A stretch of 64,000 bases of DNA from Ignavibacteriota bacterium (GCA_963776275.1 CAVZMI010000023.1:160001-224000), one strand, 5' to 3'. Positions 52,832 through 62,830 are shown, counted from the stretch's first letter. Program-made: numbers and translations. Notes: generated by a model not told the origin, from the letters alone.

Positions 52832-53896
52832 ATGTTGAGAAAAAGGTCAAAACTTGTATTATACGCCAGCCCCATCTTTGTGGGAATAATATTACTACAG
52901 ATTTTTTTCGATGTAAGAGTTCCTCACAGCCTTGATACCTATTTTGAAGTAAATCCTCTACAAAAATGGGTATTGGCGAAGGGGACTGAAGGACAAATTT
53001 TTTCAAGTATCGTCGACTATAAATTGGCAATTTCAAATACCTTTACCGTTGTGCAGTTTGAACGTGGGGAGTCGATGAATTTTACATTGGCTCAATCAAT
53101 TCAATCCAAATCCTTCATCAATAAAGGAGATACCATCGGCATCATCAATTCAACCAGTCTGCAAGAACGGCTGACGCAATTAGGGGGGAGTCTTCTTGTA
53201 GCAAAAGCAGATTTGGCTGCTAAAAGCACAGGAGAGAAACAGGCACTGATAGATGAAGCTAAAAATAAATTAGCATACACAGAAGCTGAAATTCAACAAA
53301 AAACATTAACTTATGAAAGAATGGAGGAACTGCATAACAGAGGATATATTTCTCAGGGTGAATACGAAATATATCTCTGGGATTTAAAGCAATTAAAAAT
53401 TCTCCGTGAGGTAAACAAAGCTCAGCTTGAAGCTCTGACGACCGGGAGTAAAAGTGAAGAACTGCAGATATTACGATCGACCATTGATTCGTACATCAAG
53501 GAGATACGGCTTCTGAAGAGCAGACTGGACGATTTTGTGCTCACCGCACCGATCGCCGGAGAAGTCGCCAAATATGTTTCGCGGGATACACTGCTCAAAG
53601 TAAATAACACATCGCAAATAATTCTGACCGCACCTGTTCGGTATTCAGATTCACGGGACCTGACAGAAGGTCAGACTGTGAAATTATCTCTCAGGGGTTT
53701 TCCCGATGAAATTACGGGTCAACTGGTGTCCATCTCAAGAGAAATAACAATTTTGAATGGTGTCCAGATTCTTTATTCCAGAATATTGCTTGATTCTCCC
53801 GATAAGAGTCTGGTACCCGGATTACTTGTCGGGGGAGAAATCATACTTCCAAAAATTACCGTAAAAGAATATATGTTTTCGTTGTTGAGGAATTGA
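52832..53896 (+). CDS. HlyD-like membrane fusion/periplasmic adaptor protein
   Basis: N-terminal TM anchor, lipoyl-like halves (INKGDTIG / LTAPIAGEV) around a long coiled coil, C-terminal barrel ..LVPGL. Confidence 0.7.
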   Translation: MLRKRSKLVLYASPIFVGIILLQIFFDVRVPHSLDTYFEVNPLQKWVLAKGTEGQIFSSIVDYKLAISNTFTVVQFERGESMNFTLAQSIQSKSFINKGDTIGIINSTSLQERLTQLGGSLLVAKADLAAKSTGEKQALIDEAKNKLAYTEAEIQQKTLTYERMEELHNRGYISQGEYEIYLWDLKQLKILREVNKAQLEALTTGSKSEELQILRSTIDSYIKEIRLLKSRLDDFVLTAPIAGEVAKYVSRDTLLKVNNTSQIILTAPVRYSDSRDLTEGQTVKLSLRGFPDEITGQLVSISREITILNGVQILYSRILLDSPDKSLVPGLLVGGEIILPKITVKEYMFSLLRN

Positions 53897-53903
53897 GAAA
53901 GTA

Positions 53904-54662
53904 ATGAAAAATAGGCTGGAATATAAATATCTTGTTTCGACAATGTACCTGGAAAACCTCCGTACCAGCCTGTTAGGCTATCTCGACTACGATGACTATG
54001 CTTCAATACGTCCGAATAAAGAATACACCGTGCGTAGTATATACCTCGATAGTTTTGATTACAAATGTTATTATGAAAAACTGGACGGTACGCACACAAG
54101 AAAAAAATTAAGAATACGTGGGTACAACCAGAAAGAAGATAATTCGCGGGTCTTTTTTGAAATAAAACGCAAGAACGATAATTTTGTTTCCAAAGACAGG
54201 GTACGCGTGCCCATTCAGGATATACGGAAAACGTTAAGCAGTTCTAATTCGGTACCGCAGCTGGATGTCGAAGAAAAAAAATATCTAAATAATTTTTTCT
54301 TTTATTATCAATTACGACATCTTGAACCAAAAGTTCTGGTTGTCTATGAACGGGAACCGTTCCAGTGCAAATTTGGATCTCATTTAAGAATAACAATCGA
54401 TAAAAATCTGAGAAGCAAAGTAGTGTACGATTATGATATGCTGTTTGATGAAGAAGGATTTACAGGAGGTAATAGGAAGGAATTCATATTGGAGATCAAG
54501 TTTTATCAGGTGTTACCTCAATGGATTGATAAGGTGATAGGGAAATACAATTTAACCCGCATCGCTGTTTCGAAATATACTTCATGCATCGATATGCAGC
54601 ATCGTTTTTCAATCTCACTAAATAAATCAATTCGAAATGACTTTGATTACAGGATACAATAA
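53904..54662 (+). CDS. VTC-domain (polyphosphate polymerase-like, CYTH/TTM fold) protein
   Basis: RLEYKY, YTVRSIYLD, KLRIRGY, FEIKRK, YEREPF, LRITID, ILEIKF, SKY. Confidence 0.9.
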   Translation: MKNRLEYKYLVSTMYLENLRTSLLGYLDYDDYASIRPNKEYTVRSIYLDSFDYKCYYEKLDGTHTRKKLRIRGYNQKEDNSRVFFEIKRKNDNFVSKDRVRVPIQDIRKTLSSSNSVPQLDVEEKKYLNNFFFYYQLRHLEPKVLVVYEREPFQCKFGSHLRITIDKNLRSKVVYDYDMLFDEEGFTGGNRKEFILEIKFYQVLPQWIDKVIGKYNLTRIAVSKYTSCIDMQHRFSISLNKSIRNDFDYRIQ

Positions 54663-55330
54663 TGTTACAAAACTTACAGGGAATTGATCTTTTTTCTCCG
54701 ACAATCGTCCAAATTATTATCAGTCTCGGTGTCAGTCTGCTCTGTAGTCTCGTAGTATCTCTTGTGTACCGTTTTACGTACCGTGGGCCAGGATATTCGA
54801 ATAGTTTCGTTCTTTCCATTATATATCTTTCTCTTATTGTTTGTCTTGTCATTATGGTAATAGGAAATAATCTTGCTAGAGCCTTCGGGCTGGTCGGTGC
54901 ACTATCTATCATACGTTTCCGGACCGCCGTGAAAGATACAATCGATATCGTTTATATTTTTTTCGGACTTGCCGTTGGTATGGCGGCGGGGGTCGGATAT
55001 CATAGGGTCGCATTTGTCGGCACCGCGGTGATAGCCTTGGTATTAATAGTTTTTTCTAAAATGAATATTAATATATTCAAAGGCGAACAATTTTTACTCC
55101 AAATTCAGTACGCCGACGATGATATGACGCCTGTGAAAGAAATTATGCACAATTATTGCTCGAAATACGAATTAATCAATGTAAAAAGCTCGGCAGGTGA
55201 TGCTCCGCGGGAATTCTCGTATTACATAAACCTGAAGAGAAAAAAGGATTTTCTGGATTTTGTAAAGGAAATAAGAGGTGTAAAAGCAGTTCTAAATTTA
55301 AATCTCTTTAGAGACGAAGAACATATTTAG
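54662..55330 (+). CDS. DUF4956 membrane protein
   Basis: IGNNLARAFGLVGALSIIRFRTAVKD..GMAAGVG, C-terminal ACT-like domain; translationally coupled to the VTC gene. Confidence 0.9.
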   Translation: MLQNLQGIDLFSPTIVQIIISLGVSLLCSLVVSLVYRFTYRGPGYSNSFVLSIIYLSLIVCLVIMVIGNNLARAFGLVGALSIIRFRTAVKDTIDIVYIFFGLAVGMAAGVGYHRVAFVGTAVIALVLIVFSKMNINIFKGEQFLLQIQYADDDMTPVKEIMHNYCSKYELINVKSSAGDAPREFSYYINLKRKKDFLDFVKEIRGVKAVLNLNLFRDEEHI

Positions 55331-55367
55331 AATGTATTATCCCACATTGCCGCTGTCTTGTATTGTC

Positions 55368-56138
55368 CTACGCAGTTATTATTCCATATATTCTTTTCAA
55401 ACTATCGACTGTATAATCCGGCCTTATGTTTCCTGAGTCGCCGTTAATTCTATTTATCCAAATTGTTTTTATTCCTATATCTTGTGCTCCTTTGATATCT
55501 GAATTTAAATTGTTTCCGACCATGATAGAATTCCTTTTTTCGGCTTTTAGGCCGTCCAAAACAGCTTGGAATAATCTTGCGTCCGGCTTGCCATAACCGT
55601 ATTCTCCTGATATTGCTATACAATCAAAATAGTTTTCTATATTACCGCCATGTATTTTTTTCCACTGTAAATCAGGTGCTCCATTTGTAATTAATCCTAG
55701 CTTATAATGTTGTTTTAATATATCTAAAGTTTCTTTTGCGTCAGGATAAAGCTCATGTTTAGTATTTCGTATTCTCTTGAAATCATTGCTTAATTTAAAG
55801 GCAATATCCGGATTGTTAATATTTAATTTAATTAGCGTTTTATTCCATGTTTCGAATCTATAATATTCTGCAAGGTCCTGTAACTTTTTAAAGTGGTCAT
55901 CGTTCCCGGTGAAATCAGCCCATAATGCCTCCCACGAACTAATCCCGATTTTTAAACAATAATCAATGGTAGGCAACTTATACCAAAGCTCTTTGGCTTG
56001 TTCTCTAATACACTTGAGAAATTCTCCGGTATCTATGTCATAATCTATCTGGCTGACTGTTTCAATGAAGGATTCTTCAGCCGATTTCAATTCAACAATT
56101 AATGTATCATCCAAATCGAATAAAATAGAATTTATCAT
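55368..56138 (-). CDS. HAD-superfamily hydrolase (cassette)
   Basis: FDLDDT, ITNG, KPD, VGNNLNSDI. Confidence 0.9.
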   Translation of the reverse strand: MINSILFDLDDTLIVELKSAEESFIETVSQIDYDIDTGEFLKCIREQAKELWYKLPTIDYCLKIGISSWEALWADFTGNDDHFKKLQDLAEYYRFETWNKTLIKLNINNPDIAFKLSNDFKRIRNTKHELYPDAKETLDILKQHYKLGLITNGAPDLQWKKIHGGNIENYFDCIAISGEYGYGKPDARLFQAVLDGLKAEKRNSIMVGNNLNSDIKGAQDIGIKTIWINRINGDSGNIRPDYTVDSLKRIYGIITA

Positions 56139-56155
56139 GTTAATTTGCGTATTTT

Positions 56156-56262
56156 GTTATGCCGCTAAATATGTGTGCAAAGTGTGCAGCGGTCCTGTGA
56201 ATTCAGAATATGTTTTATCTATGACACGGCTGCTGCATTTTATTATCAGATGTGTCTTCAAG
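56156..56262 (-). repeat. Degenerate attC-like remnant
   Basis: tgcagcgg..cggctgctgca arms; gcataac core on the gene strand; incomplete. Confidence 0.3.
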
Positions 56263-56301
56263 AAATTCTTTAGCGAATTGAGGATGCAATTGAATATCGA
56301 A

Positions 56302-56730
56302 CTATTCTCTCGTTAATATTACTTCTAGTACTAATTCGTGCCCTCCTTTAATGGCAGTATTTTGCATTTTTAAAACGACTCTATCCGGACTCTCTTTTGC
56401 AAAAGTTTGCACCAGCAAAGTGTCGTGCCAGTTCATGGCCAGGGTTTCATCGTCAACAAAATTGCAGGTTGCCGTCAAAAAGGCACCGGAATTCTCGAAC
56501 CACCAATATCTGTACACCTTAGCCCTGTCATCCCACGCAAAAATGCCGTGCGCCTCACCACCTGATTTTGTCGAATAATCAAAGAAGACGTATTTGTCAT
56601 CTAGCCCTCTTTTGAACGATCCGGTACCAGAGTCCGACCCGGCTTCACTGAATGTGCTCTTTGGTATTCGATACTCCAAATTCCAATTTCCCAGGAGGAA
56701 TTCGAATTTTTTCATAGCTTCTGTGTGCAT
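56302..56730 (-). CDS. Hypothetical beta-barrel protein (DUF1579-like, cassette)
   Basis: FEFLLGNW..HGIFAWD..YRYWWFENSG; SD gagg. Confidence 0.7.
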   Translation of the reverse strand: MHTEAMKKFEFLLGNWNLEYRIPKSTFSEAGSDSGTGSFKRGLDDKYVFFDYSTKSGGEAHGIFAWDDRAKVYRYWWFENSGAFLTATCNFVDDETLAMNWHDTLLVQTFAKESPDRVVLKMQNTAIKGGHELVLEVILTRE

Positions 56731-56744
56731 ATCGAACCTCGTTA

Positions 56745-56854
56745 TAATAACGTTTTGGAATAATCCTTGCTAAGCAGAGACCCTGTCGCACGATCAAGAC
56801 CCACTCGATCGGCCGAAGGGAATCGGGAGAGTGTCATTGCTTTTATTGTTAAAC
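56745..56854 (-). repeat. attC-like site (degenerate)
   Basis: Gene strand GTTTAAC-aataaaagca..tgctt..aaaac-GTTATTA just before the next ATG. Confidence 0.45.
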
Positions 56855-56887
56855 GCAGCGCAGCTAAATAGTGGTGAATATCCGAAC

Positions 56888-57610
56888 CTATGTTTTTAAG
56901 AGTAGAAGAGTAATACCCGCCCGCATTGATGGCCATAAGTTGACAAGTTTCATAATCGGGTTGTCATCCGACCAGTAGGAACAGTATTCTTTAAACCATA
57001 TCTTGAATCCGGCATCTGTTGCGTAGTTTTCCAATTCTCTCATAGTATATTCACGAAAATGGCCGGGGTTCGACCGGTCTACTCGGATCAATTCAAAAGG
57101 ATTATAACCACAAAGGAGACGAATTCGCTTTGAAAATGATGCTGCATTAGGAGTCTGTATTAAAATGCCGGCTCCTGGTTCTTTTTTCAATAATTTATAA
57201 AATAAAGTTAAAATTACCTTGGGTGAAGTGTAAAGATGTTCGATAGTTTCTGAAAATGTGATCAAATCGAAGTCTTTATAAATAAATTTATGTTCTGCCG
57301 ATTCGCATTCATTGAGATCCAATTGTATATGCTGAATAGTTAGCTCCGGAGGGACTAATCGTTCATTCTTGAATCCTAACGTTGAGATTTCTGGCTCAGG
57401 TTTTAAAAGATGTTTCAAGCAATATGTGAGGAAATGGGGTCCAACATCCAATATTTTTCTTGATTGATGTTGGTCGATAAATCGTTGAACCAGTCCTGTT
57501 GTATAGGCTAATCTTCGAGAATGGTAACGCAAGTAATAGATCTCTTCTTCAGCTAACTTTTTATTTTTGAACAGATCGAGAATATCTTCCACTGTAATTG
57601 TTTTCTGCAT
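56888..57610 (-). CDS. Class I SAM-dependent methyltransferase (cassette)
   Basis: ILDVG, FDLITFSETIEHL, IQTPN, HFREYT. Confidence 0.82.
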   Translation of the reverse strand: MQKTITVEDILDLFKNKKLAEEEIYYLRYHSRRLAYTTGLVQRFIDQHQSRKILDVGPHFLTYCLKHLLKPEPEISTLGFKNERLVPPELTIQHIQLDLNECESAEHKFIYKDFDLITFSETIEHLYTSPKVILTLFYKLLKKEPGAGILIQTPNAASFSKRIRLLCGYNPFELIRVDRSNPGHFREYTMRELENYATDAGFKIWFKEYCSYWSDDNPIMKLVNLWPSMRAGITLLLLKT

Positions 57611-57675
57611 AATGTCATCTCTTTTTGTGGTGCTTTTGTATTCACCCGCAAATGGGCGAATTACTAAAACCGTTG

Positions 57676-57746
57676 GCACGACGCACGACGTTCATAATAG
57701 CAAAGCAGCCCAGACACAGTGGTAGGAGAGAACGTTGTTGTTAACC
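57676..57746 (-). repeat. attC-like site (degenerate)
   Basis: Gene strand GGTTAAC-aacaacgttc..gaacgtcgtgc-GTCGTGC. Confidence 0.4.
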
Positions 57747-57772
57747 GCAGGTCTGTGTACTACAACACTTTT

Positions 57773-58270
57773 TTACTTGTTGGCATTTTCCTCAGTCGGT
57801 TTCCAGGGTCTCAATCTCGGAATCCATCTTGGGACATTCCGTTTGTATTCAAGATATTCTTCACCAAATCTTCTTATTAACCCGGGCTCTTCTGAGAACA
57901 TAAAGTAAATACTATTGATGATAAAAAAAATAATAAACCAGATGAATATTGTGGTTGAGTGAAATATCGACGATTCTCCGAGTAGGGTAGTTAATACACC
58001 GGTGATCATTGGATTTCGAACATAAGAATAAAAACCGGTGACAACGAGTTTCTTTGTTGGGTTCCAGGGTGCCAGCGTCCCTTTGCCAACGCGTACAAAC
58101 ATCGATATTGTGATGGCAAGAATAACCATTCCGCCGGCAACTAATATCAGTCCTATGACAGACAGAATATCGGTCATGATAGTAAAATTACTCTCAATTG
58201 CAAGCGGCACGACTACGAGAACAATAAAAGGTAGTACAAATGAAAGTAGCTGCTTCGAAATAGTATTCAT
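57773..58270 (-). CDS. Isoprenylcysteine carboxylmethyltransferase/PEMT-family membrane protein (cassette)
   Basis: GTLAPWNP..LVVTGFYSYVRNPM..EEPGL..FGEEYLEYKRNVPRW. Confidence 0.88.
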   Translation of the reverse strand: MNTISKQLLSFVLPFIVLVVVPLAIESNFTIMTDILSVIGLILVAGGMVILAITISMFVRVGKGTLAPWNPTKKLVVTGFYSYVRNPMITGVLTTLLGESSIFHSTTIFIWFIIFFIINSIYFMFSEEPGLIRRFGEEYLEYKRNVPRWIPRLRPWKPTEENANK

Positions 58271-58347
58271 TTTAATCAATTTTTCGTGGCGTGGCGGGGT
58301 AAGCAACGCGATGTTATTCCGGTTTATACATTGCCACCATTTTCTCT

Positions 58348-58478
58348 AGATAACGTTTAACTATCTATACAGGCGGGCATTTTCATATACTATATTATCA
58401 AGTTGTACCTTTTTCCAATATTGGTAACTCCTTTCACTTCTGCACTTTCAGCCCGTTTGGATCTATAGCATAATGGGC
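58348..58478 (-). repeat. attC-like site
   Basis: Gene strand ctatagatccaaacgggc..gcccgcctgtatagatagttaaac-GTTATCT. Confidence 0.5.
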
Positions 58479-58484
58479 TTAAAT

Positions 58485-60497
58485 TCAATTTAGGACCTTT
58501 TTAAATCTGATATTCCTAACTCTTTCATTTGTTATCCTAAATCCATTTATTTCCATGTTGCTCGATGTGTCAAATTCTACCGAAGAAAAATACCATCTGT
58601 TTCCTTTATATAAATTATTTTTGATATATTTCAACGTGATTTCACCATTAATATTGTGTAGTGCTACCAGAGTGTTTCCAGATTGATATATCGTATAATA
58701 AGTATCCAATTCTTCACTATAGTATTTTCCTTCATAGGTTTTAAAATATTCAGATTTTTCCGGAATATTTTCAACTTTTTTACTTACATGCTCTTCACCC
58801 TTGTTATTGGATTTCATTTTTATCACTCGACTGGATGTATCTCTTAAAAAAGAAATTATGACATCTGCTTCTTTGATAAAAAAAACAGAATCTGATAAAG
58901 CATATAGCTCTGCTTTATCAAAACCAGACGTTTGAATAAATAAACCATTCCATTCCCTGATAATATTTGTAGTAATCCCTGAATCATCCAGATATCTGCC
59001 TTCTATATCCAATAAAATTTTGTTACTCACTTTAACAGGTTTGTAAGGATTCCTGTAATCAGAATATGCAGGATCAGTTTTAGTAAAATGATCATTTAAA
59101 AATATATCGGCAATTTGTCTTGCCCGCCTGTGTACTCCTCCATATATAAAATTGCTGAGAACAATGGCCCCAAATTTATATTTAGGGAAATGCACTATCT
59201 GGGCAGTATAACCATATCCGCCGCCACCATGCCAGTAATATTTCAATCCCTTGTAATTCCCTTGCACACGTCCAAAAGTATAAAACTCTGAACTGTCCTT
59301 GTTCATGGACATTTTGATTTTTTCTAGCCTGGAAATTAGTCGTGAGTTGCCCACCTTCGGATAATCAAAATTGATTAACCATTTACACATATCCTCTACA
59401 GTTGAAAAAACATTGCCTGCTCCAACATACCAGGTTTTAAATAATTGTTCTTTTTTATAGTTTCTGTCGTTATCAAGTGTATATGACCATGCAAAGTCAT
59501 TTATAAAATTATCCGGATCATGATAAAAATAAGTATCATTCATTCCCAGCGGCTTGAAAATATTCTCTGTCATCCATTCGATAAATGGTTTGTTTGTAAT
59601 CCTTTCGATAATCTCCGCAAGCAGTAAATAACCTGTATTACAGTAAAGATATTCACTACCAGGCTTAAAATTAAGTTCCTTTTGTCGATATATTAAATTC
59701 ATAATATCTTCTTTAGAAAGAGAACCGGTATTCTTTTTCCCCGATATTTCAAGAATATCCGTAATATCGCGTAATCCGCTCGAATGATTGAGTAAATTTT
59801 GAATGGTTATTTTGCCTCCGAAATCATGAAGCTCCGGTAAATATTTTCGAATATCATCATTAATTGATATTTTGCCTTTTTGTTCTAATAATGCTATTGC
59901 AAAGGCAGTAAATTGTTTTCCAATAGAACAAACATTTAATCTTGTTGATGGTTTGATCGGTGTTTTGTTGTCAAAATCTGAAATCCCCGATCCATTTTTA
60001 TAAATGATTTTTCCATCCTGTACTATCGCAACAGCTGCTCCAGGTCTGTAATCATTATCGAATTCCGCAAATAATTGATCAACCAGTTCTTCTTTTGAGT
60101 TATTTGTGATGATGTTTTTCTCTAATACGATGCTATATTTACCGGTTGCTGCCATTGGATTAAATGGTTGTACCAGAATTCTGTAAATACCTGCCTGCTT
60201 AGTCGTAAATGAAATGAATTCAGGACCACTTTTTATATCGTCAATTTCTTGAATTATATTGTTTTGTGGATCAGTTACCTTAACAAGTACATCAATACCC
60301 ATTTGAAATAAACTGGCAAATATAAATCTGTCTTTTTCAAGTTTGGCAAAAAATGTATCTATTTGACCGCCAGATAATTCTTTAATGATACTTTTATTCG
60401 GAAGTAAAATTTCATTTCGAGACTCATCATCATTATTATGATGACAGTTAACCATTAATAAGAATATAAAACAGAGAAAAAATAATATTCTTTTCAT
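58485..60497 (-). CDS. Serine hydrolase (beta-lactamase/PBP-like family) lipoprotein, AT-rich (cassette)
   Basis: SIGK (SxxK), LLNHSSG, YCN (YxN), HGG motifs; lipobox MVNC. Confidence 0.88.
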   Translation of the reverse strand: MKRILFFLCFIFLLMVNCHHNNDDESRNEILLPNKSIIKELSGGQIDTFFAKLEKDRFIFASLFQMGIDVLVKVTDPQNNIIQEIDDIKSGPEFISFTTKQAGIYRILVQPFNPMAATGKYSIVLEKNIITNNSKEELVDQLFAEFDNDYRPGAAVAIVQDGKIIYKNGSGISDFDNKTPIKPSTRLNVCSIGKQFTAFAIALLEQKGKISINDDIRKYLPELHDFGGKITIQNLLNHSSGLRDITDILEISGKKNTGSLSKEDIMNLIYRQKELNFKPGSEYLYCNTGYLLLAEIIERITNKPFIEWMTENIFKPLGMNDTYFYHDPDNFINDFAWSYTLDNDRNYKKEQLFKTWYVGAGNVFSTVEDMCKWLINFDYPKVGNSRLISRLEKIKMSMNKDSSEFYTFGRVQGNYKGLKYYWHGGGGYGYTAQIVHFPKYKFGAIVLSNFIYGGVHRRARQIADIFLNDHFTKTDPAYSDYRNPYKPVKVSNKILLDIEGRYLDDSGITTNIIREWNGLFIQTSGFDKAELYALSDSVFFIKEADVIISFLRDTSSRVIKMKSNNKGEEHVSKKVENIPEKSEYFKTYEGKYYSEELDTYYTIYQSGNTLVALHNINGEITLKYIKNNLYKGNRWYFSSVEFDTSSNMEINGFRITNERVRNIRFKKVLN

Positions 60498-60527
60498 TTA
60501 GTTTATTCTTTATTGTAAAATTTTACC

Positions 60528-60658
60528 AAATAACGATTGCACAAACCACGCCTTTGAGCGAGCCGCTATCAAAAGAGTCATTCAATGCGGCGAGCGAAGT
60601 GGAACGAGCACTATAATCCATTTCAAAAGAGCGAGTGTCGTGGTTTGTGCTATTATGC
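60528..60658 (-). repeat. attC-like site
   Basis: Gene strand GCATAAT-a-gcacaaaccacg..cgtggtttgtgc-aatc-GTTATTT (12-bp perfect arms). Confidence 0.7.
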
Positions 60659-60692
60659 GTTCGTGGCCGTCCGTGTCTAATTAGTTGTAGAT

Positions 60693-61113
60693 TCATGGAT
60701 TAGAGCTCAACTTGGCCGTGATGTTCGCCTCAAGAAACATCTTCGCATAGGTGTCATTGTAAAAAGTGATCCGTACGTTGTACGAACCGATGGGACGAAT
60801 CTTTACAGGCACACCGACTCGGGCATGGCTGCTGTTTTTGGACGGCCACACGATATGTCGATAGTACTGGGAGACGATTATCGGCAATAAGAATGTCGTT
60901 GCGAGCATCCAGAATCCGATAAATAACAGTGTGCTGAATTCAGCGGTCTTTGCCGAGTTTCGAAATACCATAATTATTAGTACCAACACAAGAATAACAG
61001 CAGCCATCGCAATAGCTGCCTGAAGAAATCCCGTCTTGCTGTCATGTGCTCTACAAGTCGAACATAGTGGAGCTTTAGTCGTCACCGAGGTGCCCGGACC
61101 TAACAGTTTTCAT
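60693..61113 (-). pseudogene. Hypothetical 2-TM protein with 5' deletion or frameshift (cassette remnant)
   Basis: SD aaagga plus ATG at 61113 gives MKTVRSGHLGDD*; the body PLCSTC..2 TM..FYNDTYAKMF is in another frame. Confidence 0.45.
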
Positions 61114-61237
61114 GATTGTTTAGTCCTTTCGGTTGTGTCTGGCTGCGGATTACGGCAGTCGCGATGAATCAGGCCGTATATCAGTGCTTTGGTTTATTGT
61201 GTCTGTGGCGAAGCCCGGAGCCGCCGAACAGGCGGCG

Positions 61238-61259
61238 GAGCGTCTACGCTCTGTTGTGC
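61238..61259 (-). repeat. Left half of an attC-like site (right arm missing)
   Basis: Gene strand GCACAAC-agagcgtagacgc after the DUF3795 stop. Confidence 0.4.
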
Positions 61260-61326
61260 GAAGTTCCGAGTCCTGCCCGAGATAGACTTTTAATTACTGG
61301 GGCTATTACAGATAAATTCATTACAA

Positions 61327-61899
61327 TCATTCTGCTAAAGGAATTTCATTAATAATTGTTTTAAGAATATTTGCTTTGCTTTTCATATCGCTCTGTTTGA
61401 TCTTGTCAGTTTTAATTATTTTTGTCGCTTTTTCTATTGAGTTCGCTAATGCCGTTAAATCATGAAAAATTGCTGCTTTACAGAAAAAGCTTCTCGATCT
61501 TCCATCATCAAATTTACCTATCATTGTTTCAAGTAATTTGATGCGTTTTTTCTGTTGCTCTATAAATTTTTTGATTCCATGTTCTTTTATAAAATACAAA
61601 TTCGGCAAAACTTTTTTACATGATGGGTACGAAGAAGACTCCTTTACTTGCTTATATTCTTCAGCACTTTTAAATTTTGCACAAGGGAAATCTGAACATT
61701 CTGAACAAACTTCAAGATTTTTTTTCTTGACGCAACAGGTTATGAAGGAACATGATGGACGTTTATTGAAGAAATTAGGGCCACCACATCCAGGACATCT
61801 TGAAGTCCCTACAGTATAGTATCTAGGGCATAGACCACAATCAAGGCCACATACACCAATTGTTGGGTATTTTTTCAAAATAGAGCTTGATTTTCCCAT
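61327..61899 (-). CDS. DUF3795-like Cys-rich protein (cassette)
   Basis: IGVCGLDCGLCPRY..CPGC..CC..CSECSDFPC, DDGRSRSFFC. Confidence 0.8.
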   Translation of the reverse strand: MGKSSSILKKYPTIGVCGLDCGLCPRYYTVGTSRCPGCGGPNFFNKRPSCSFITCCVKKKNLEVCSECSDFPCAKFKSAEEYKQVKESSSYPSCKKVLPNLYFIKEHGIKKFIEQQKKRIKLLETMIGKFDDGRSRSFFCKAAIFHDLTALANSIEKATKIIKTDKIKQSDMKSKANILKTIINEIPLAE

Positions 61900-61931
61900 G
61901 ATTATACCTCCTTTAATCCGTTCGGAATTTC

Positions 61932-62184
61932 GCCCAACGTCTAGGCAAACCGCCGTCCTACCCCGATACTATAATAATCAATTCATCTGTGTCGGGGTAG
62001 GGTGGAGCGAGCACTTTACATTTCGCCAACCTTTGTTTTCTCATCGCCTATCCAGTGTGCGCCTGCTCGCCTCGCTCTGCCGAGTATCTCGAGGCGGAGC
62101 GGGTCCGCCATGCTTTATCTTTTGGCGGAAGCGTTTACCCGCCATGTTTCATCTTCTGGCGGGCCGGTTTGCCGTTTGTTAGGC
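61932..62184 (-). repeat. attC site, unusually long (253 bp)
   Basis: Gene strand GCCTAAC-aaac-ggcaaaccg..cggtttgcc-tagac-GTTGGGC; both cores match consensus. Confidence 0.8.
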
Positions 62185-62253
62185 GCAGGCAAAGTTCAAT
62201 ATCGATCGCGTTTTGCGGCACAATCGGATGGTGCCTAGTGGTTTGTCGAAACC

Positions 62254-62712
62254 TCAGCTGCCGATGGTAAGCGCGGTTGCTGGTTTCCACCTCCATGCAT
62301 ACCAGACGATTAGCGAAGTACACACAATCTCGATAGTTGCAAAGAATATGTAATAGAGAGCTGGCCTCGTTCCTCCAACAAACGCCGACAACATAACAGC
62401 CGCAGTGTGTAATACACCTATGACAATGTTTGTCCAGCGATTTGCTCTGTACTCCAATACGCGGGAGAGGAGAACCATGGCAATCGCAGTCTCTATGAGT
62501 ATTGCGGATCCCAACAAGAATCCTTGAGTGATATGAAGAGACCCTACATACCCTGTCATTATTTCCTTTAGTGTCGTAGGATCAATTAATGAATGGATAT
62601 CCGCATAAGCATAATTGAACAGTGCAAATATCCATAGTGTTGAGAGTCTTACCTTCATTTCATTCATTTCGTTGGCCTTTCGTGTTGATGAATCTGCAGA
62701 GTGGTTTGTCAT
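62254..62712 (-). CDS. DUF6326-like membrane protein (cassette)
   Basis: KVRLSTLWIF..NYAYADI..MVLLSRVL..NRWTNI..YYIFFATIE..AWRW. Confidence 0.8.
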   Translation of the reverse strand: MTNHSADSSTRKANEMNEMKVRLSTLWIFALFNYAYADIHSLIDPTTLKEIMTGYVGSLHITQGFLLGSAILIETAIAMVLLSRVLEYRANRWTNIVIGVLHTAAVMLSAFVGGTRPALYYIFFATIEIVCTSLIVWYAWRWKPATALTIGS

Positions 62713-62830
62713 GTGAATACCTTCAAGGGATTCGGTATAGGGCCACCAGACTATTGCTTATATGGTCTCCACATGACCTAGCCGCAATAGATGTGCCGCA
62801 AAACGCCTTAAGGAATGAATCTTTGCTTGC

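Noticed and set aside
58485-60497. Bona fide antibiotic-resistance beta-lactamase cassette
   Set aside because: SxxK/YxN/HGG motifs with extra domains fit the broad serine hydrolase/peptidase family; activity cannot be inferred.
61098-61104. GTTAGGT as the R' core completing the 61238-61259 half-site
   Set aside because: No complementary arm precedes it, and it lies within an SD-preceded start (ATG AAA ACT GTT AGG), so it may be coincidental.
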